Shown: positions 1 to 8,345 of the stretch, in pieces | Layout of the letters: every line of letters starts with the position of its first letter | Numbering within the stretch: the first letter of the stretch is position 1 | Assembly: GCA_902386025.1 (NCBI GenBank) | Contig: CABMHR010000001.1 | Location: 99,741-163,740 of the forward strand | DNA: 64,000 nucleotides | From: an uncultured archaeon | GTDB taxonomy: Archaea > Nanobdellota > Nanobdellia > Pacearchaeales > GW2011-AR1 | Direction of reading: 5' to 3' | The notes under the pieces: model-generated | Told to the model about the DNA's origin: nothing | Database searches by the model: none | The model's input: the letters and a program-made list of their open reading frames with translations, nothing else | Translations under genes and position numbers: made by a program

Positions 1-635
1 CCATCTTTTTTTGAAAGTTTATTTTTATTTATAGGAATAATAAATTCTCCTGCACAGTAAGGAAAAAAACTTAATTGATTATGGGGCAATTTAATATTCT
101 TTCCTAACATTCTGTTTTCTAAAAATTTTAATTCATTTGGATCCCCTTTATGCATTATCCCATCTGCATGTTCAAAACAGAACCTTTCTGATTTAATCTC
201 AAACTTTGGAACACCTGCTTTTTTTGCTCTTTCTAAAGTATCATAAGATTGGGATCTTATATCATATGGGAAATAAATAAAAGCTGCTCTCTTGGTTAAA
301 ATTCTAGATATTGCACTTGGCCAGTTAGGAGAAGCTCTGACAAGAACAGCGTATGGCTTTAATCTTAATGATTCAACAACTGCTTTAATTATTGTTTTTA
401 CATTTTTAGTTATAGAGAGAAATATATATTTAAAATTTTTAAAATTCATCTTGAAGAAATTAACATTAAAGTAGATAATTTTGTCAAAAGCGATATTATG
501 AAACTCCTTAGAAACCCCCTTATTTCCTAAAATTTGTATAAGGACTGTTTCATATCCTTTTTTTCTAAGCAGCATCGCCAGTTTGTATATCATAACTGTG
601 GAGTATGGCTCCACAAAAACAATTTGTTTTTTCAT
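1..635 (-). CDS. Putative glycosyltransferase (GT-B-like), partial; 3' end lies beyond window start
   Basis: Hand translation: ATG at 635-633 (minus) opens a stop-free frame to position 1 (MKKQIVFVEPYSTVMIYKLAMLLRKKGYETVLIQ...FEHADGIMHKGDPNE...). It is missing from the ORF track only because no stop falls inside the window. The family call rests on a Rossmann-like N-terminus and locus context. Confidence 0.4.
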   Translation of the reverse strand, partial: MKKQIVFVEPYSTVMIYKLAMLLRKKGYETVLIQILGNKGVSKEFHNIAFDKIIYFNVNFFKMNFKNFKYIFLSITKNVKTIIKAVVESLRLKPYAVLVRASPNWPSAISRILTKRAAFIYFPYDIRSQSYDTLERAKKAGVPKFEIKSERFCFEHADGIMHKGDPNELKFLENRMLGKNIKLPHNQLSFFPYCAGEFIIPINKNKLSKKD

Positions 636-636
636 T

Positions 637-1149
637 TTATTTATCATTTCTTGACTCCTTATTATATTTTATTATTCTGGCGGGGTTTCCACAAACAACA
701 GCATTTTCTGGAACATCTTTATTCACAACACTTCCTGCTCCAATCGTGGCATTTTTACCAATTTTTACTCCCTTAAGGATTATTGCATGTGTTCCTATCC
801 ATACCCCATCATTTATTTCTATGGGAGAGTCTATCATATCTTCTTCTCTTGGTCCCAAGGGCATTTTATGATCATTATCATATATTGAAGCGTGCGGACC
901 AATCCCCACATTTTTACCAATCTTAATTTTTTTGCGTGAACTTATTATTGCCCCCGCTCCAATACTTGTCCAATTCCCTATTTCTAAGTTGTAGGGCCTA
1001 TAAATAAAAATATTTTCATAGATTTTTACACCCTTTCCTATTTTTGCTCCAGCAATTTTATAAAATATCTTTCTAAGATTCTTCCCAATTTCCCCCCCAA
1101 TATTCCTCAGGAGAGATGCTCCTATTTGATAAAAAAAGGTATATATCAT
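637..1149 (-). CDS. Hexapeptide-repeat (left-handed beta-helix) O-acyl/acetyltransferase
   Basis: Repeated [LIV]-G-x4 turns (IGKNVGIGPHASI; IGTHAIILKGVKIGKNATIGAGSVV; C-terminal VVCGNPARI), typical of LacA/NodL/WbbJ-type sugar acetyltransferases. Confidence 0.8.
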   Translation of the reverse strand: MIYTFFYQIGASLLRNIGGEIGKNLRKIFYKIAGAKIGKGVKIYENIFIYRPYNLEIGNWTSIGAGAIISSRKKIKIGKNVGIGPHASIYDNDHKMPLGPREEDMIDSPIEINDGVWIGTHAIILKGVKIGKNATIGAGSVVNKDVPENAVVCGNPARIIKYNKESRNDK

Positions 1150-1150
1150 T

Positions 1151-1375
1151 TTATTTAGAACTAATATTTTTAACTAAATCTCCAAATGTGAAAATATCTT
1201 CAGCATTTTTGATAATTACATTAAAATTTGACTCTACTGCCGCAATAAACTGATAAAACCTCACAGAACTATGACTATTCAAATGTTCATTATCCAAAAT
1301 TAAACCATCACCGATTTCTGATTCTTTCATTCCCCAAAATTCAGAGAAAAATCTTATTAATCTTGCTCTTTCCAT
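1151..1375 (-). CDS. Small carrier-protein-like protein (ACP/PCP fold candidate)
   Basis: 74 aa and acidic. LNSHSSVRFYQFIAAVE resembles the D-S-L-x-helix phosphopantetheine site. Lies next to the FkbH/AcpS module. Confidence 0.5.
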   Translation of the reverse strand: MERARLIRFFSEFWGMKESEIGDGLILDNEHLNSHSSVRFYQFIAAVESNFNVIIKNAEDIFTFGDLVKNISSK

Positions 1376-1543
1376 CTACCATCCCTCATGACAAACAGGG
1401 CAGATATAATCTTCAGTGCCGTCTTCTTTAATTATTTTTGTCAGATAATCACAAATTTTTTCTTCTTTTAATCTTTCTAATGTAACAAGACATTTGCAGC
1501 ATCTAATCTTTTTCCCTGATTTTTTGAGCATATTCCCAAACAT
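1376..1543 (-). CDS. 55-aa zinc-ribbon-like mini-protein (below ORF-track cutoff)
   Basis: Hand translation: MFGNMLKKSGKKIRCCKCLVTLERLKEEKICDYLTKIIKEDGTEDYICPVCHEGW. Its TAG stop (1376-1378) directly abuts the ATG of the carrier protein (1375). Paired Cys motifs CCKC ... CPVC. Confidence 0.45.
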   Translation of the reverse strand: MFGNMLKKSGKKIRCCKCLVTLERLKEEKICDYLTKIIKEDGTEDYICPVCHEGW

Positions 1544-1628
1544 ATAAACATACTTAAAAAACTTCCTATTCTATCCTACATAAATCTTAAAAAACTCCCT
1601 AATTTTATCTTAAATAAGTTTAATTAAA

Positions 1629-3395
1629 ATGGGATTAGGAGAATATTTAAATCAAAGTAAGAAAATAATCCAAAATCCATCTATTAATTCCTGTAAAATA
1701 GCAATTCTCTCAAATTTTACAATCAATGGACTTGGGGAAGTTATGCAAGTTCTCTGCAATAATCAAAAAATTTACGCTGAAGTTTATACCCCTGATTACA
1801 ACCAATACATGCAAGAAATTTTTAATAAATCCAGTCGTCTATATAAATTCTCCCCAAATATAATTTTTTTACTAATCGACACAGAATATATGTTGGGGGG
1901 GGATTTTTACTCTTTCCCTTATAGGCTAACTAATAAAGAGAGAGAAAATAATATTGAAAAAAAATTTCAGGAATTAAAAAGTTTAATAATCTCTTTAGAG
2001 CAGAATACTTCCTGCAAGATAGTTATTAACAATTTTTTATATCCTCTTTATTCAAGCAGGGGTATTTTGGAAAACAAACAGGATTATGGTATTAAAAAAG
2101 CTATTATGGATTTTAATAATCAACTTGAGGATTTAGCAAAAAATGATTCACAATTATTTGTTTTCGATATTAACTCTTTTGTGATGAAAGAGGGATATAA
2201 CTCCATTATGGACAGCAAAATGGACTATCTTGCAGATATGAAATTATCTCCCTCCGCAATTGTCTCTTTAGCTAAAGAATATCTAGCGTATATCTTTCCT
2301 TTAATGTCTATGACAAAAAAGTGTATAATTCTTGATTTAGACAACACTTTATGGGGGGGGATAATCGGAGAAGAAGGAATATCAAATATCAAACTTAGCC
2401 CAGAAAAAGAGGGGAAACCTTTTTATGATTTTCAAAAAAGACTTCTTGAATTATCAGAAAGGGGAATTATTCTAGCCATTAATAGCAGGAATAATTACAA
2501 CGATGCAATAGAAGTGATTAAGAATCACCCTTATATGCTGTTGAGAGAAGATAATTTTGCTTCTATAAAGATAAATTGGGATGATAAAGTAAAAAATATA
2601 AAAGAGATTGCAAATGATTTAAATATCGGGATAGATAGTCTTGTTTTTATAGACGACGATAAAACAAATAGGGAATTTGTAAAAAAAATGCTCCCAGAAG
2701 TTTTCGTTGTAGAATTACCTGAAAGTTCCTGTGATTATGTGAAAACTCTTGAAGCATTAAAAATCTTTAATTCCTTTTCAATAACTAAAGAAGATTTGGA
2801 AAAAAAAGAGATGTATGTTTCCCAGAAGAAAAGAGATGAATTAAAGGCGAAAGTTTCTGATTTGAATTCATTCTTAAATGAATTGAAACTAGAAGGAGAG
2901 ATAATCTCTGTTAATGACTTCAATATTTCAAGAACTTCACAATTGACTCAGAAAACCAACCAATTTAATTTAACAACTAAAAGGTACTCTGAAGGGGATA
3001 TTAATAGTTTTTTAAAAGACGAAAATTATTTGCTTAAATTAATTCGAGTGAAAGATAAATTTGGCGACTATGGAATAACCGGTTTAGCAGTGTTTAAGAA
3101 AATTGATAATTCTATATCAGAACTGGATAACTTTCTTTTAAGCTGTAGAATTCTGGGGAAGAACATAGAATTTGTATTTTTGCAAAAGTTGATTGACGAA
3201 TTGGGAAAAAGAGAAATTAAAAAAATAAAAGCGAGGTTTATCCCAACATCAAAAAATGCACCTGCCGCAAATTTTTTAAGAGAAGCAGGATTTATTTTAG
3301 AAGGAAAATCTGGAGGAGAGGAAAACTATACTTTAGATATAGGGAAAGAAAATAAAAAAAACATTTTTATGGAGATAAAATATGCTGACTCTTAA
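1629..3395 (+). CDS. FkbH-like HAD-IIIC domain protein with C-terminal GNAT-like domain
   Basis: Signature LDLDNTLWGG (HAD subfamily IIIC / FkbH) plus VFIDDD. The C-terminal region (GDYGITGL...LSCRILGKNIE) is acyltransferase-like. Overlaps the downstream ACP by 14 nt. Confidence 0.8.
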   Translation: MGLGEYLNQSKKIIQNPSINSCKIAILSNFTINGLGEVMQVLCNNQKIYAEVYTPDYNQYMQEIFNKSSRLYKFSPNIIFLLIDTEYMLGGDFYSFPYRLTNKERENNIEKKFQELKSLIISLEQNTSCKIVINNFLYPLYSSRGILENKQDYGIKKAIMDFNNQLEDLAKNDSQLFVFDINSFVMKEGYNSIMDSKMDYLADMKLSPSAIVSLAKEYLAYIFPLMSMTKKCIILDLDNTLWGGIIGEEGISNIKLSPEKEGKPFYDFQKRLLELSERGIILAINSRNNYNDAIEVIKNHPYMLLREDNFASIKINWDDKVKNIKEIANDLNIGIDSLVFIDDDKTNREFVKKMLPEVFVVELPESSCDYVKTLEALKIFNSFSITKEDLEKKEMYVSQKKRDELKAKVSDLNSFLNELKLEGEIISVNDFNISRTSQLTQKTNQFNLTTKRYSEGDINSFLKDENYLLKLIRVKDKFGDYGITGLAVFKKIDNSISELDNFLLSCRILGKNIEFVFLQKLIDELGKREIKKIKARFIPTSKNAPAANFLREAGFILEGKSGGEENYTLDIGKENKKNIFMEIKYADS

Positions 3396-3624
3396 GGAAC
3401 TTGTTGCTAAAGTTTTAGATATTGATAAAAGAATAATTAATAATGAATCCTCTCCAGAAAATATTCCCTCTTGGGATTCTTTTAATGGGTTGATGATAGT
3501 TTCGGAACTTGAAACTAATTTTAATGTAAAATTTACCTTAGAAGAAGTAGTCGCCGTAAGAAATTTTAAAGACATAAAAGAAGCCTTGGAAAGACATGGG
3601 ATTAAAGAAGGATTAAATGATTAA
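3382..3624 (+). CDS. Acyl carrier protein
   Basis: 80 aa. WDSFNGLMIVSELETNF matches the DS(L/F) phosphopantetheinylation motif followed by helix II. Confidence 0.65.
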   Translation: MLTLKELVAKVLDIDKRIINNESSPENIPSWDSFNGLMIVSELETNFNVKFTLEEVVAVRNFKDIKEALERHGIKEGLND

Positions 3625-3665
3625 TTATCCTGGCTTATTAATTCAAAAATGGAGAGTAAAATTTA

Positions 3666-4088
3666 ATGGAGCTTAATGATTACAAATATGAAGAAATAAA
3701 TGTTGGAGACATTTTTGAATTTAAAAGAAACATCACGGCAGATAATCTAAACGAATACGCTAAATTAACGGGGGATTTTAATCCATTACATTGTGATGAG
3801 GAATATGCAAAAAAAACTATTTTTAAAGGAAGGATTATCCATGGCATGCTTGCAGGTAGTCTGTTTTCAACTCTTGTTGGGATGATGTGTCCAGGCAAAA
3901 GAAATCTTTATTTAAGTCAAAGTTTAAATTTCAAAAGGCATATATACCCCAATTCAGAATTAACTGTTAAGGGAGTTATAAAAAATAAGATAGATAGTAT
4001 GAAGATAATCGTGTTGGGCACCGAAATATTAGTTGATGGAAAAATAGTAATAAATGGTGAAGCGAAAGTTAAAGTTTTAGGAGATTAA
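3666..4088 (+). CDS. MaoC-like (R)-specific enoyl hydratase/dehydratase (hot-dog fold)
   Basis: DFNPLHCDEEYAKKTIFKGRIIHGM matches the MaoC hydratase motif (D-x-N-P-x-H ... H-G). Confidence 0.8.
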   Translation: MELNDYKYEEINVGDIFEFKRNITADNLNEYAKLTGDFNPLHCDEEYAKKTIFKGRIIHGMLAGSLFSTLVGMMCPGKRNLYLSQSLNFKRHIYPNSELTVKGVIKNKIDSMKIIVLGTEILVDGKIVINGEAKVKVLGD

Positions 4089-4821
4089 AATCAAAAAAAA
4101 AGTTGCATTAATAATTGGGGGATCAGGGGGGATTGGTATAGAGGTAGCTAAATTAATGTCTAAAAAAGGTATGGCTGTATGTTTAACTTGTTTTAAAGAT
4201 TTAGATAAAACAAAAGAGATAGTTCAAAGTGAAAGACTGGATAATGTAAAATTGTATAGTTTAGATTTAACTGATGAAAACAGCATTAACAATATGATTT
4301 CACTAGTATTAAACGAAAATGAAAGTTTAGATTCGGTTATCTATTGCGTTTCAAAACCAGTGATAAATAAGGGGGTAAAAGAATTGGAATGGAGTGATTT
4401 TCAAGATCATATTAATATTCAAATTAAAGGATTCTTTGATATTATTAAATTGTTGTATCCTTTAATTAATAGGGGGGACAAAATAAAATTTATAGCATTA
4501 ATAACACAATATTGTACAGGTAAACCTCCTGTAAAATTGGCTCATTATATCACTGCTAAGTATGGTTTAATGGGTTTGATGAAATGTATGGCTTCAGAAT
4601 TAGCTAAAACTCGATGTACATTTAATATGGTATCTCCGGGCATGGTTAAAACAAGATTATTATCAAACCTCCCACCAAAGTTTTTAGAAATGGCCGATTC
4701 TGAAAAAAGGTTATCAGACTCTAAGGATGTTGCAAAAATTATCTACTTCTTATCGTCTGAGGATTCTGATAATCTTAATGGGGTAAATATTTTAATAAAT
4801 AATGGTGAAATATTTACTTAA
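4084..4821 (+). CDS. Short-chain dehydrogenase/reductase (FabG-like); probable non-AUG start upstream of the track ATG (4156)
   Basis: YITAK (YxxxK) lies in the tracked ORF. The Rossmann motif KVALIIGGSGGIGIEVA is encoded in frame at 4099-4149, upstream of the first ATG. The frame is open from 4081 (stop TAG at 4078-4080) with no ATG/GTG/TTG. ATT at 4084-4086 overlaps the MaoC stop TAA (4086-4088). Confidence 0.7.
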   Translation: MKIKKKVALIIGGSGGIGIEVAKLMSKKGMAVCLTCFKDLDKTKEIVQSERLDNVKLYSLDLTDENSINNMISLVLNENESLDSVIYCVSKPVINKGVKELEWSDFQDHINIQIKGFFDIIKLLYPLINRGDKIKFIALITQYCTGKPPVKLAHYITAKYGLMGLMKCMASELAKTRCTFNMVSPGMVKTRLLSNLPPKFLEMADSEKRLSDSKDVAKIIYFLSSEDSDNLNGVNILINNGEIFT

Positions 4822-5437
4822 ATCCGTTTTCTAATTCATCTTTAACCCTATTCAAAAATTGAAGTGCTTTTTGACAATCTGCTACTCTGCTATCATATGA
4901 AAGGGTTAAATTAAATCTTTTTATAAAAAGAATTTCTGTGTCTTTACTTTCGAAATCTTCAAATTCCGAAGAAATAGAAATCATTGCGGATTGATTTTCA
5001 TAAATGGGAGGAATAATAGAATAAACTCCAAAAGAAAAGAGATTTGTTATAGAAAAACTACCATTTTGCTTCTCAGAATCTGATAATTCTCCATGAAGAT
5101 ATTTAAGAGCCATTTCCTTTATTTCTTTTGATAATTCTATCAAAGATTTTTGATCAGCATGTTTAATATTTATTATTTCTGAACCCCTCCCAATATTAAT
5201 AAAATATCCCAAATCAATTGAGGGATAGAGCATTATTCCATTATCAAATTTTGAATTAAGTTCTGGAAAATTTTTTAAATTTTTGCAAATAGAATAAATG
5301 ATAATGTCTCCGGGACTTAGATTATACTTCTCTTCGCTTTTAATCTTTTCTATTAAAGAATGGATATTCTTGCTTTTAATTTGAACCGTAAGTGTACTTG
5401 TTGGTCCAAATGATTTAAAAGATTCTTTATCTTCCAT
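4814..5437 (-). CDS. 2-oxoacid dehydrogenase E2 / CAT-fold acyltransferase catalytic-domain homologue (variant active site)
   Basis: FSITNLFSFGVYSIIPPIYENQSAMISI and LTLSYDSRVADCQKALQFLNRVKDELENG align by eye to the E2 motifs TISNlG...PIIn.Pq.AILg and LSyDHRviDGa.A..FL..lk..LE.P. DHR is DSR here. Confidence 0.6.
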   Translation of the reverse strand: MEDKESFKSFGPTSTLTVQIKSKNIHSLIEKIKSEEKYNLSPGDIIIYSICKNLKNFPELNSKFDNGIMLYPSIDLGYFINIGRGSEIINIKHADQKSLIELSKEIKEMALKYLHGELSDSEKQNGSFSITNLFSFGVYSIIPPIYENQSAMISISSEFEDFESKDTEILFIKRFNLTLSYDSRVADCQKALQFLNRVKDELENGFK

Positions 5438-5771
5438 TTTTATCTATGATTACATATGCAACTGCATATTCCCCTGAATGAGCGATGCTGCAATGTATAC
5501 TTTTGTTTAATTTGCCTTTAATATATACCTCGGGTATGCCTTTTTGATTATTTATTATCTCTATCTCCTTAAAAAAAATCTTTTTACCAAAAGCTTTTAT
5601 TACTGATTCTTTTGCACAAAATTTTCCAGCATAACTTATTATGGGTTCTTTCTTTTTCTCGCAATAATCTCTTTCTCTTTCTGTAAAGATTAATTCAAAA
5701 AAGCGTTTGTTTGCAAACTTTTTCTTAAAACGTGTTATTAGTTCAATATCCGCCCCAATTCCCGATATCAT
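5427..5771 (-). CDS. acpS: Holo-ACP synthase (4'-phosphopantetheinyl transferase, AcpS type)
   Basis: 114 aa. GIGADIELITRF ... FTERERDYC ... YAGKFCAKESVIKAFG match the AcpS family layout. Confidence 0.8.
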   Translation of the reverse strand: MISGIGADIELITRFKKKFANKRFFELIFTERERDYCEKKKEPIISYAGKFCAKESVIKAFGKKIFFKEIEIINNQKGIPEVYIKGKLNKSIHCSIAHSGEYAVAYVIIDKNGR

Positions 5772-5858
5772 TGTTTGGATTAAAATTGTTTAAAGATTTT
5801 TAAACTTTGCCTAGAACAATTAGAGATTTAAATGATTTAGATTTTTTTAATATAAAAG

Positions 5859-5868
5859 TTTAAATAAA
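5859..5868 (+). promoter_or_regulatory. TATA-box-like element (TTTAAATAAA) about 25 nt upstream of the ATG at 5888
   Basis: A/T box centred about 25 nt before the start codon. The same spacing recurs at other operon-first genes in this window. Confidence 0.35.
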
Positions 5869-5887
5869 GGGAGAACAGGAGATTACC

Positions 5888-7507
5888 ATGGAAATTTTAT
5901 TGATAATGCCCAAATATTTCTGTTCAAGCAAAGACACAAAGCCCAATTATGATTACCTCTTTCCGATTGGGCTTCCTTATATTTATTCTGTGATAAAATC
6001 TCACGGCTATAATATTGAAGCATATAATCTAAATCATGAAGAAGGTAAAATAAGTGAATTAATAAAGAAAAAATTAGATAATAAAAAATATGATTTAGTC
6101 TGCACTGGGGGGATGGCAATAGATTATTCCGTAATAGAAAAAATAATAAATACTTGCAAATCTCATAAAAGCAACCCTAAAGTGATTTTAGGTGGCCCAG
6201 TCCTAACGAGCAATAGGGAAGTTATATCAGAAAATCTTAATTTTGATATAGGGGTAATAGGGGAAGGAGAAGTAACCATAATAGAAATCTTGAACCATCT
6301 GAAGAATGATAAGAACATGGGAGACATAGATGGGATTTGTTATAAGGATAAAGATAAAAAAATAATCTTTACTCCTTCCAGAAAACAAATAGAGGATTTA
6401 GATTCCATCCCTTTCCCCGATTATGAAGCATTTGGATATGAAAAACTTCTAGGCAATACAGACCCTTTATTAACTTGTTTTGGATTGTTGGATTACCCCC
6501 GAGTTTATCCTCTTTTGGGAAGCAGAGGATGTCCATTTCAATGCACTTTTTGTCATCATTCGATTGGCTCCAAATATAGAAAAAGATCAATAAAAAATAT
6601 CACAGAGGAGATGGAATTTGCTATCAAAAAATATGATATAAATTTTTTTAATTTAAATGATGATTTATTCTCTGTTGATAAAAGTAGGCTTTATGAATTT
6701 TGCGATGAGATGCAAAGATTAGAAAAAAAATATTCAAAAAAGCTATTTTGGTGGTGTTCATTATGGGTGGGGGCAATCGATGAAAAAATGCTGAATACTC
6801 TCAAAGAATCTGGATGCCTTTATGTTTCATTTGGTTTTGAAAGTTATAGCAAGACTGTTCTTAAAAGTATGAAAAAACCTATCACTCCCGAACAGATAGA
6901 CGCTGCCATAAAATTGTGCATGAAAACAAAAATGCCGATAGTTGGAAATTTTATATTTGGAGACATTGCTGAAACCAAAGAAACTGCAAGAGAGACATTG
7001 GACTATTGGAAGAAAAATTGTAGGGGGCAAGTAAAATTATTTTTTATACACCCTTACCCTGGGAGCGAGATTTATAAAAGCTGTTTAGACAGAGGGATAA
7101 TAAAAGATGAATTAAATTTCATAAAAAATGAGATGCATCACACTTATATTAGGAATATGACTCTTAATATGGAAGATAGAGATTTTGAAGAATTAAAAAA
7201 AGAGATATATCATTTAACAAAAACAGATATCCCTTACAAAGTTCCATTTAAGATTAAGCATGTCGGAAAAGAAAAATATGAATTATCTTTAAAATGTCAT
7301 TTTTGCAAAGAGAAAATAACTCTTAAAAATTGCATTATTAAGAATAAAGGATATTTCAGTTCATTTTTAATATGTAGAAATTGCCAAATGAAATATAATG
7401 TATGCAGTAAATTATATAAATTTACTATGGACCATTATTTAAAATTGGATTTTTTCAGGAAGAATTATCTAATTCTTAGGGATAAGTTTTTGAGCAAGAG
7501 GCTTTAA
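5888..7507 (+). CDS. B12-binding-domain radical SAM enzyme (class B)
   Basis: N-terminal Rossmann-like cobalamin-domain pattern (LLIMPKY...GLPYIYSVIKSHGYNIEAYNL...LVCTGG) and GSRGCPFQCTFCHH (CX3CX2C). Confidence 0.8.
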   Translation: MEILLIMPKYFCSSKDTKPNYDYLFPIGLPYIYSVIKSHGYNIEAYNLNHEEGKISELIKKKLDNKKYDLVCTGGMAIDYSVIEKIINTCKSHKSNPKVILGGPVLTSNREVISENLNFDIGVIGEGEVTIIEILNHLKNDKNMGDIDGICYKDKDKKIIFTPSRKQIEDLDSIPFPDYEAFGYEKLLGNTDPLLTCFGLLDYPRVYPLLGSRGCPFQCTFCHHSIGSKYRKRSIKNITEEMEFAIKKYDINFFNLNDDLFSVDKSRLYEFCDEMQRLEKKYSKKLFWWCSLWVGAIDEKMLNTLKESGCLYVSFGFESYSKTVLKSMKKPITPEQIDAAIKLCMKTKMPIVGNFIFGDIAETKETARETLDYWKKNCRGQVKLFFIHPYPGSEIYKSCLDRGIIKDELNFIKNEMHHTYIRNMTLNMEDRDFEELKKEIYHLTKTDIPYKVPFKIKHVGKEKYELSLKCHFCKEKITLKNCIIKNKGYFSSFLICRNCQMKYNVCSKLYKFTMDHYLKLDFFRKNYLILRDKFLSKRL

Positions 7508-7508
7508 T

Positions 7509-8324
7509 TCATTTCTGTTTGGAAAAGAATCCTTTCCAAAATCCAAATATATTAACAAAGTGAATTGCTGGTGCCGCGGTTATCATATATATCGGGAATA
7601 AATAAAAATATTTTTTAAAAGGAAACCCGTAAATAATAAGAAGAAACCCAAAAAAAGGAAGTGCTCGAAGAAGTCTTATTCCAAGATTATCCAATCTTGT
7701 TTTATGCATTCTTACCATTTTTCCATTCCCTTCAGAATAACTAAATAATCGTTTTAGGGTATAACTAACATTTTTTTGATTATGCAGGTGAAACACCCCC
7801 ACTCCTGCATTAACAATTCTCCCTCTTTTTCTAAGCTTTATGGACAAATCTGCATCTGGAGCGAATTTTACTGCTTCGTTGATCATTCCAACTTCAATTA
7901 AATCTTTTTTTCTGTAAGCACACGCTCGTATGTCTGTGGGGGGAGCTCGCATATTCATTGTGGGGTCTTCTCTTTCTCTTTCTTTTATGATCAACAATCT
8001 CAATAAAAGAGAGTATTTTTTCCAGCGTTCTTCTGATAACAAAAGATATGAACCTGTTGCAGCAATATTTTTATCTTCTAATGGTTTAATCAATTTTTCA
8101 AGCCAAATCTCTTTTTCTGGAACACAGTCTTGTTCCAAAATTACAATAATTTCTCCCTTGGATTTTTTTATCCCAGCATTCATAGATTCCACTTCAGGCA
8201 GGTTCCAACTCTCAATAATCTCTGCATTTATTGTTTGCTTCTTTAACATTTCCTTTAATTTTTCAAAAACCTCTCTTTCAGGTTTATACAAGGGGATAAT
8301 AATAGAAACTTTTGGTATTTTCAT
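7509..8324 (-). CDS. Family 2 glycosyltransferase with C-terminal membrane segment
   Basis: VSIIIPLYKPE start, ILEQDCVP (DxD-like), hydrophobic C-terminus. Confidence 0.75.
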   Translation of the reverse strand: MKIPKVSIIIPLYKPEREVFEKLKEMLKKQTINAEIIESWNLPEVESMNAGIKKSKGEIIVILEQDCVPEKEIWLEKLIKPLEDKNIAATGSYLLLSEERWKKYSLLLRLLIIKEREREDPTMNMRAPPTDIRACAYRKKDLIEVGMINEAVKFAPDADLSIKLRKRGRIVNAGVGVFHLHNQKNVSYTLKRLFSYSEGNGKMVRMHKTRLDNLGIRLLRALPFFGFLLIIYGFPFKKYFYLFPIYMITAAPAIHFVNIFGFWKGFFSKQK

Positions 8325-8345
8325 GTTATTTGTTATTATTAAACT

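Noticed and set aside
292-871. Plus-strand ORFs 292..474, 534..776 and 605..871 from the track.
   Set aside because: They are overlapped by better minus-strand genes (the partial GT-like ORF 1..635 and the hexapeptide acetyltransferase 637..1149), and their sequences are hydrophobic nonsense.
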